Below are positions 12,546 to 20,000 of a stretch of 20,000 nt of DNA, piece by piece. The DNA lies in contig NW_014577090.1 of NCBI RefSeq assembly GCF_000485595.1, forward strand, positions 853,745-873,744, written 5' to 3'. The stretch's first letter is position 1. Each line of letters begins with the position of its first letter. The position numbers and the translations under genes were made by a program. The stretch is from Priapulus caudatus. Taxonomy: Eukaryota. A model generated the notes under the pieces. That model was not told where the DNA came from. It saw only the letters and a program-made list of their open reading frames with translations, and searched no databases.

Positions 12546-12587
<42 letters not shown>

Positions 12588-12669
12588 CACTCACATACAC
12601 ACACACAGCACACAGCACACCGAGACCGATTACATTTGACCTTCGCCTCCACTCCGTGGCGGAGGTAAT
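12225..12669 (-). mobile_element. Non-autonomous Helentron-associated (HINE/DINE-1-like) element
   Basis: Perfect 11-bp subterminal inverted repeats TACCTCCGCCA (12254-12264) / TGGCGGAGGTA (12657-12667), a terminal hairpin CACTC-acgga-GAGTG (12238-12252), an internal (CA)n microsatellite and GCTGACTCG tandem repeats. It sits in an A/T run and is absent from the homologous site at ~825-838. Confidence 0.75.
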
Positions 12670-13304
12670 AAGCTTAGCCAATAATCGTAAATAACACTAA
12701 CGTGATTTTTGGGGTCACTGTATCCGTGGAAGCCTTGTCCAAGCCTTAGTGCCTGACACCCTACCCACTATGGACGTCGATCAAGAGCTGGCGCCCGTCG
12801 CTCATCATTACCACAGTGAGTTCATGAAATTTGCCCCCTTCCCTAGGAATTTGCTCAGTTACGGCCCTGGGTTGGTCGCGCCTCACATCACATACATTAC
12901 ATTCTCGCGTACGTATTTCTGTTTTACAAAAAGATCCGACTCGCGGACATATCGGCGAGGCAGTCCAGGCTTTGCGCGTCTGCTCCGTTCTCACAGGTGC
13001 CGCCGCCAGCGTGAAGCTGACGGGGATTGCGAACGAGCAGCGACGGCATGCCGCCGCTGCTTGGTACTGCAGCGGCAGGGCTAATAACGATGGCGCGGGA
13101 AGGGCTAGTGATGGCGACAACACCGACGACGGGTCAGGAGTGGAGGTGACGAACGACATTGGCGGCGACAGAAACAGACTCGACAGCGTCGGCGAGACGC
13201 TTTCCGCGCATTCCGTCCTGCGTAACAAAAAGAAACAGAAACAAAAGAGCTCCTTGTGTACGATCATCTAGACGATCCTGAGATTAACACAGAGTCAGGC
13301 ACTC

Positions 13305-13481
13305 AAACAGACAGACAGAGAGATAGATGGTCAGACAAACAGACAGACAGAGAGACAGACGGACAGACAAACGAACGGACAGACAGACAGGCAGACAGAC
13401 GGACGGATAGGGAGACAGGCCAGACAGACAAACAGAACACGCAGGTGCACACGCCACACACACACACACACACACACACAA

Positions 13482-13519
<38 letters not shown>

Positions 13520-13925
13520 GCCGCGCGCGCAAGCACGCACATACGCACACACACGCACATACACCTACCACACCGCACACAGAATGCAGGAGGAGGGAGT
13601 GTGACGTGAGAGGCGAGAGAGAAGATGAGAGACGAGAGAGAGACGAGAAAGAGAGAGCGAGCGAGAGAGGAGAGAGAGAGAAGAGAGAGAACTGGAGAGA
13701 GAGGAGAGCAATGGAGAGCAGAGAGAGAGAGAGAGGAAAGAGAGATAGAGAGAGATGAGAGACGAGAGAGAGAGAGAGATGGAGAAAGAGTGAGAGATTA
13801 GAGAGAGAGAGAGAGAGAGGAGAGAGAGCAGAGAGAGGAGAGAGAGAGGGGAGGGAGAGGAGAGAGAGAGAGAGCGCGAAAACGGCGGCGTGAGAGGAGA
13901 AGGAGAAAAAAATGAGAGAGAGAGC
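13305..13925. repeat. Compound microsatellite (GACA)n-(CA)n-(GA)n
   Basis: Direct inspection. Confidence 0.95.
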
Positions 13926-14362
13926 AGAAATGTACAAGTGAATTGGCACAATTATATGGCTATACATTGAGGATGCAACGCCAACTACATCCTAGTTTTG
14001 TATGATTCTTGATGTTCATGCGTGTTATGACCATAGAAATAAGTATACTAGATTAAGACATTTGCTCTCTATATATTTCTATGGTATTAGAACTGTTATT
14101 TAGTCTAGTGTTCGTGCCTGTGTACATAGAGAACACCACAAAGATGATTCGAATAGAACGCCTTCCACCCATTGTCAACGCTTTGGTATCGAGTGTCAAC
14201 AATAATTATTTAGGATATGACAGGTTTATGTTACATCTAGGATTACATCAAAGTAATGCTGAATGAATTCTGACTACAAACATAGTTAAAAAAACCAGAA
14301 AAAAAGCATTTTTAACAGGTAAATCTTACCGTCTTTTTAATTCTAAATTTATTTAACAGTTA

Positions 14363-14438
14363 TTGACGTTTGTCATTGTTGATGAGTCTAATTCTGGGTT
14401 GAGCGTACTGCTAACCGGTGATTTCTATTACCTTTTTA
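14363..14438. repeat. 76-bp exact inverted copy of 5792-5867 (the sequence abutting the N gap)
   Basis: ttgacgtttgtcattgttgatgagtctaattctgggttgagcgtactgctaaccggtgatttctattaccttttta is the reverse complement of 5792-5867. The ORF track shows the same peptide (TFVIVDESNSGLSVLLTGDFYYLF) at both places. Confidence 0.95.
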
Positions 14439-14795
14439 CTATTAGTAGTTCCCTGTGTTCAGACAAGTTTGTGTCCTCTAGCGCAGTAGGATTCTACTGC
14501 AAGCGACCTATATATAAAGCAGACCTCTACCTTAGTAACCGGAGAAAGAGAGTACAGCTACTATACGCCGCATTTACGCTGTTTTAATTAGAGCTTCCGT
14601 GACGATATAATGATGCACTCGCCCACCTTTTAATTACAAGTTGACGCATACAATGTCGCAACCATCGATACAGACTCATTTCGCGCGACCGCCGCTGCTA
14701 AAGGATTATCTACCTGTAGTGGGCCCTGAGAGCCTCATATAGCAACTGTTATTGCCGAGAGATGATTCATCTATAAGGGGCGCTGCGGCTCTCAC

Positions 14796-15005
14796 CTTGT
14801 AGATGTTATTGGTGACGGCTAACGTGTCGAAATAGCTGTACATCTTGTCACACATGTGCACGACGTCTATGGGCCGCACGAGCGGGTTAGCACACAGTGC
14901 CGTGAAGCCCATGACGTCAGAGTAGAGGATGGAGACCATGTCGTATTGCTCAGCGTCCACGGATTTGTTCTCCAGCAACGACGCAACGATGTTAGACGGA
15001 AGAAT
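14796..15005 (-). CDS. Soluble guanylate cyclase exon, start of cyclase catalytic domain
   Basis: ILPSNIVASLLENKSVDAEQYDMVSILYSDVMGFTALC...FDTLAVTNNIYK; acceptor ttgcag|ATT, donor AAG|gtgaga; 210 nt. Confidence 0.95.
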
Positions 15006-15256
15006 CTGCAAAGCGGCGTAGAAATGACGTGAAATCACAGGTTAATTAGTCACTAATATGTGACAGCGTAAAATTCAAACACAACCACCACTTCTAGTCT
15101 CTTTGTAGTCCATTTCAACTTGCCGTACATTAATTATTACATAAGTTTCAAGACACTTCAGGTCAATGACAGCAGAAACCTCCCATCTTACGCCCACCTA
15201 CCGCCCGCCCTTCTCCTTCCTACTCGCCTTCCTTCCCATTCTCTCCCTATGATTAC

Positions 15257-16012
15257 CTCCATCAGCACCTCCACGGTTCGTTCCTTCTCCTGGTTAAGCT
15301 TCGCGTGCAGTACCTGCAGAGAGATGGACGCCTCCTCTAACCTGTTCATCAAGCTCCTCTCGCCACGCCTCTCATGACTCATCAACACCATCGCCCGCGT
15401 CTTGTCGTGACACGGAATGTCCGAAAGGTGGAGCCCGTGTTGCGCTAGCTCTTCCAGGCTGCGCACGCGAGGAGAGCAGAGGAATGCCATGCAGTCGTTC
15501 TCCTCCATGTATATCATCTGTCCCTTCAGACGCAGCGTCTCCACCTCCGCTCCTCCCTCTTCGGGCGTCGCGGATGCCCGCCGGGCCCTCCCACCGAAGT
15601 CGAACACGTCTGGTTTCGACGCGGCTACGAACACGGCGTGCGTGTGATCGATGAAAGCGGTGAAGTCGCATTCGACGCGCGGCCTTACGATGTCAAACAT
15701 GTCCGACAGCAACAGCCTCCCGTGCTGCTGCTTGTACGCCACCAACCCGCGCAGCACGACCCGGCCCGCCTGGATGATCTCAAGGTCACGATTAAAGATG
15801 ATGTGGAAGGGGAAAGCCCGGGAGAACGTGTCGACCGCGAGCAGGGATTTCGCGGGGTTGTGGCTCGGGTTGGACAGCATGCTGTCCTTGGTCGAGAGGC
15901 TGTTCTGATTAAGGGCGTCCGCCATTACGTCGATGTCCATGCCCTCCGTGGTGATCCGCAGTACCACGTGGTCAGATGTGTCGCTGATGTCAGTATCCAA
16001 GTTTGCCACAAC
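15257..16012 (-). CDS. Soluble guanylate cyclase exon, H-NOBA/PAS domain and coiled coil
   Basis: ORF 15188..16009 contains FSRAFPFHIIFNRDLEIIQAG, LRLKGQMIYM, FLCSPRV and GLHLSDIPCHDKTR, all hallmark sGC H-NOBA motifs. Acceptor ctgtag|GTT at 16012, donor GAG|gtaatc at 15257; 756 nt, in frame. Confidence 0.95.
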
Positions 16013-17117
16013 CTACAGACAGAGAAGGAAACGCGGTCGATGAGGGACGCTGAAACACCATTGAGGAAGCCATGGAGGAGTATATGAGATGAATGGGGGT
16101 TGCTGGCTACTTGATTATTTTATTTGAGCATTTTAAATGGATTCAATCATCGAGTTATTTATTTTGATTTATTAGCATTTCTCTTATATGTAATACGGAC
16201 AAGTTGAAAACACATCAAACAGAACGATTTCTAGAAGACAAACTTGAATTTTATTGGCGGCTTATGTAGCTATCTGGCATCTTTCAGAAAATAAAATTAT
16301 CAATATAACGGGGCCTTGCACAAGAACTTTTATTTACATCATAATATTGTGTACCAACTGAGACTTTATTTACATCGAATAAACGAAGGCTTTTTCATAA
16401 CAGGCACAGGTGAATAGCGGTACGTAATTAGCTAAGCTACGTGGTTGGGGGCGATCGATGCTGCATTCAATCAGACAATGTCGCTTTCACTAGTTGTTCC
16501 AGTATAACTGTGAACACAATGAACCAGCTGTGTCTCTCATCTTTGATTGATAGACGGGAGGGCGGCTGTTTTTCTCCTAAGTCAGTAATCAGCGCCTTTC
16601 TTTCTCCTACATCGTTGAGAAGTACCGTTTGATATCTTGCTTGTCACTCAGCTGATGACAGTCTCTGAATAAACTACTCAGGGATATTCCTCGCATCGCA
16701 TCGCAATTTCGCATCGTGTTTGACATCTATACGCCGTATTATTTAGTTACCCTCGTTTATACGGGAGAAATCTAAAGGAATAGTTAACCGTTTTTTTCGC
16801 GATTTACTTGAGTGCAAATGTAATGAATAGAGTGAGAGAATAATACTTGTGTTCACGATGTTGAAAGACATCAGGTTATTTGCTGTATAACTGCAGCCTG
16901 TTATTGCGAGCAGCACCTAGTAATTTATGTACTCTAGCCTAATTGGATTACTTGGATGTCACAGCAATTAACGTGCGAGCAGTACATTATATCTTCGTCA
17001 GTTCACGTACAGGAGATGACAGCAACTAGAGAATCTACTTTACAGCGCACTCGTGCATCGATATGTTGCCTTATTAGTCTACGAGAGAGCCAGCTGTTGA
17101 CTAATGCTTATAAGTAC

Positions 17118-17235
17118 CTGCTGGCCGAAGAATTCCTGTCCGACGTAGCGTATCATGCCTCTAACGATGGGATAAAGACCTTGTCTGCTGCTGTAGTAGT
17201 GAAGGAGTAAACTCCCATCATTTTCTTCCACACAC
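17118..17235 (-). CDS. Soluble guanylate cyclase exon, C-terminal part of H-NOX (HNOB) heme domain
   Basis: Not in the ORF track; translated by hand. ttgcag| g TGT GTG GAA... gives CVEENDGSLLLHYYSSRQGLYPIVRGMIRYVGQEFFGQQ |gtactt. It contains the LHYYSxR heme-binding motif, has AG/GT boundaries, and is 118 nt with a phase-0 end that fits the next exon. Confidence 0.92.
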
Positions 17236-17609
17236 CTGCAACAGCCATCTAGATTAATAACCTATGTTTTCTACAGTCTGTGAAAAGTGGAGAGCGCTGC
17301 TATGAAAATAGCCAATGAGCCGCCCGCGCTAAAATGGGCGGTAAACTACGAAACACTCATCAATATTTCCTGCTTCCAATGAATTAGACCTAGAGCAGAC
17401 TTTCTATTTAGTAGTAATGTCATAGGAATATATTAATGTATTACTATGTTAGCTGTTGGTCGATTACTTCTGTAGAGTTTCAATTCATAATATTTCCAAT
17501 CCTCAGACAGTTGGTTGTCATAGATCGCTGTAATTTCCACTTTCACTTGCAAATTACCTACAAATTTTTCCCTTCAACCTCCATAAATGAATAGTTGAAT
17601 GATTAGGCC

Positions 17610-18066
<457 letters not shown>

Positions 18067-18415
18067 GAAGAACACATGGGATCGACATTTTAGGAATGCT
18101 TTACATTCATAGCTACATGCATCCGCATTCAGTAATGGGGTTTGGTCGTTTTTTGGCAGACGTAAAGTCATAATATTATATCATGTAAGTTATCTCTAGA
18201 CTCCTATAGCTGAGTATTTAACTGCGTTATAGTCATAGAAATAATATACTAGTTAGACGAGAATAGGCTAGTCAGACTATATGGTTATGGCGCTTTTTCA
18301 TCGCAGTAGCTATTATATAGCCAATTGTAAAGCACGCACGCACACACAATCACGCAAACACGCGCATTCTCGTGTAAAGGCGAATCAAATCACACATTGT
18401 CATGTATAGTAAACA

Positions 18416-18740
18416 AGCCATCCGGTGGACTAGCTGTTGCCGCCGTAGTGAAGCCGGTGTACGTATGACGAAAACTGCGCGATGTTACGCTGCCCGCTAT
18501 ACGGATTCGCACGCCCGCCCTCCTTCGGCGCGCAAATTCGTATAGCGGGCAGCGCGAGATGCTACATTTAACACCCCGCGGTCGCGTGCGCCCAGTCCCG
18601 CGGAAGTGCGCGGCTTAACCGCTCTCGGCGGTCGGGGAACAACGCATCTTTTGCGCAACGCCATCTTGTACCCGGTCTCTCTGGAAGATACGGTACGTTA
18701 AACGACGTCAATCAGAGATTAACTGAAACCTCGCATCGTT

Positions 18741-18803
<63 letters not shown>

Positions 18804-18940
18804 GCACGCGTGTGCTATCACGCATGATTATCACTGTTTACACAATCGGTTTTTTCTTGCCGACGTTTCACGGCGTGTAAATAACGCATCTGCGATTGGT
18901 GTACGCGGCAGACCGAATGTACGTGTTACACCGGATGCCT
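18416..18940. mobile_element. Putative MITE with internal long palindrome
   Basis: 11/12-bp terminal inverted repeats agccatccggtg (18416-18427) / caccggatgcct (18929-18940), an internal 28-bp stem at 18488-18554, and a (CA)n tract flanked by ttatttacac / gtgtaaataa. No clear TSD. Confidence 0.4.
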
Positions 18941-19328
18941 ACTCCACATCGTCAGTAATGCTGACGAGAGAGATAGAGATGGCTTCGCAATAAGTCTCAC
19001 AGCACAATACACGAGAGCAGCACTTGGGCGAAGCTGACTTGTCTGGCACTTCGAGCCTCGAGGAGAGAAGTGATTGGCACATGGAGAGTTCGACGTGGAG
19101 ATCGTGCGATGATGACGGACCCATGCAAGGGGTCGGTGGCCGCGCGAGACAGCCTCGTCCGCCAGTTCGAAAGGAACGGCGTAGATTTGTAGTTATAGTA
19201 TTTGTGATTATGTAGTTAGCTCTGTCTGTTTTCACACTCCACGTAATGTCCTAATGTACTGCACTAATAATGCTGCGTGGAATGAATGAATGAATCGCTG
19301 ATGTGCACAGCAACGTGCGGAGAGTAGC

Positions 19329-19924
19329 CTAGCAAAAACACCGTGTCCGCCGACGCTGCGCACGGAAATTACATTAGGCAGGAGTCGGTCGTGGGCGATG
19401 ACAAATGAATGGCGGGGGGAAGGAACGTACATACCACACATACATGAGGTAAAGGGGAAAAGGGGAAAACGGGGCAAATAGGTTCCCCAGCTGGGGTTCG
19501 AACCCGGTACCCGGTGTAGGAGACGGATGTTCTAGCGATTACGCCACTGCGCCGTTAAGGCTATGCACCATGGATTCACACGTACGTGATGTTAATCTGT
19601 ACGCACCGCCATCTATTGATGAATATAATTTTTATCAATTTTTAACTTTTTAACTTTTAAATTTTTGTTTCAGCCAGACCCATGCACCTCCCAGACGTGC
19701 TCATCGCCCTCTGAAAATTGCATCCAGATCGCTTGGGCGGTTTGGCCGGGCATAGGGGGTATACATACATACATACATACGAACTGAAATATAGATTAGA
19801 TAGTCGCTCTCTGAAAATTGCATCCAGATCGCTTGGGCGGTTTGGCCGGGCATAGGGGACATACATACATACATATTACATACATAATTACTTACATACA
19901 TACGAACTGAAATATAGATTAGAT
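19329..19924 (-). mobile_element. Putative non-autonomous Helitron-like element with duplicated 5' end
   Basis: The minus strand starts a|TCTAATCTATAT followed by (TATG)n. A ~100-bp unit is present twice (~19709-19801, ~19809-19924). The candidate 3' end is a CCGTG...CACGG hairpin (19341-19365) followed by CTAG (19329-19332). Confidence 0.5.
19481..19553 (-). pseudogene. tRNA-derived sequence (SINE head or pseudo-tRNA)
   Basis: The reverse complement GGCGCAGTGGCGTAATCGCTAGAACATCCGTCTCCTACACCGGGTACCGGGTTCGAACCCCAGCTGGGGAACC has a Pol III A-box-like and a B-box (GGTTCGAACCC) at tRNA spacing. The acceptor stem pairs poorly. Confidence 0.65.
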
Positions 19925-20000
19925 ATGTATATATATATAAATCAATAAAAACCCAATTAAACCGTATGGGTATAACCGTAATATTATATTTATTGATCTA

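Larger units (their letters stand above)
10178..13271 (+). pseudogene. Frameshifted duplicate of the last four sGC exons (10178-10331, ~10875-11185, 11972-~12182, 12997-13271); pseudogene fragment or assembly artefact
   Basis: Recognisable [35 protein letters not shown] and SSLCTII*, with many frameshifts and a ~148-nt poly-C insertion. No 5' exons precede it on the + strand. Confidence 0.75.
9465..13577 (+). repeat. Inverted second copy of window positions 1-~3475 (3' half of the sGC gene)
   Basis: Collinear reverse-complement match across exons and introns, e.g. 9484-9510 vs 3437-3462, 10178-10331 vs 2637-2783, 11161-11190 vs 1960-1990, 13245-13310 vs 185-253. The copies differ mostly by single-base indels. 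Confidence 0.95.

Noticed and set aside
15372..16087. Overlapping alternative-frame and antisense ORFs over the large exon
   Set aside because: Shadow ORFs of a GC-rich coding exon; only the 15257-16012 frame has sGC motifs.
19481..19553. Functional tRNA-Arg(CCT) gene
   Set aside because: Only about 4 of 7 acceptor-stem pairs form, and the D and anticodon stems are imperfect, so it is treated as a tRNA-derived repeat.

Overview
Eukaryotic (metazoan, probably invertebrate) genomic DNA that is rich in introns and microsatellites, with a 10-N gap at 5868-5877. The main gene is a minus-strand soluble guanylate cyclase (H-NOX / H-NOBA-PAS / coiled coil / cyclase). Seven exons can be traced: 17118-17235, 15257-16012, 14796-15005, 2637-2783, 1965-2119, ~910-1167 and ~226-484. 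The 5' exons appear to lie beyond the right edge. The protein has an unusual combination of features: a beta-type heme-binding YxSxR motif, an alpha-type catalytic signature (both metal Asp present, transition-state Asn/Arg absent) and a polybasic C-terminal CaaX box (KSSLCTII*). The last four exons are present twice, because 1-~3475 is repeated in inverted orientation at ~9465-13577. The second copy is full of indels, carries a poly-C burst, and differs by a Helentron/HINE-like insertion and an adjacent hAT transposon. This is most likely an uncollapsed haplotype or long-read gap-fill artefact, though a real duplication is not excluded. Other elements are a frameshifted hAT transposase element (5878-9384), MITE-like elements, a Helitron-like element with a tRNA-derived segment, and minisatellites. 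I found no prokaryotic-type system (CRISPR etc.).
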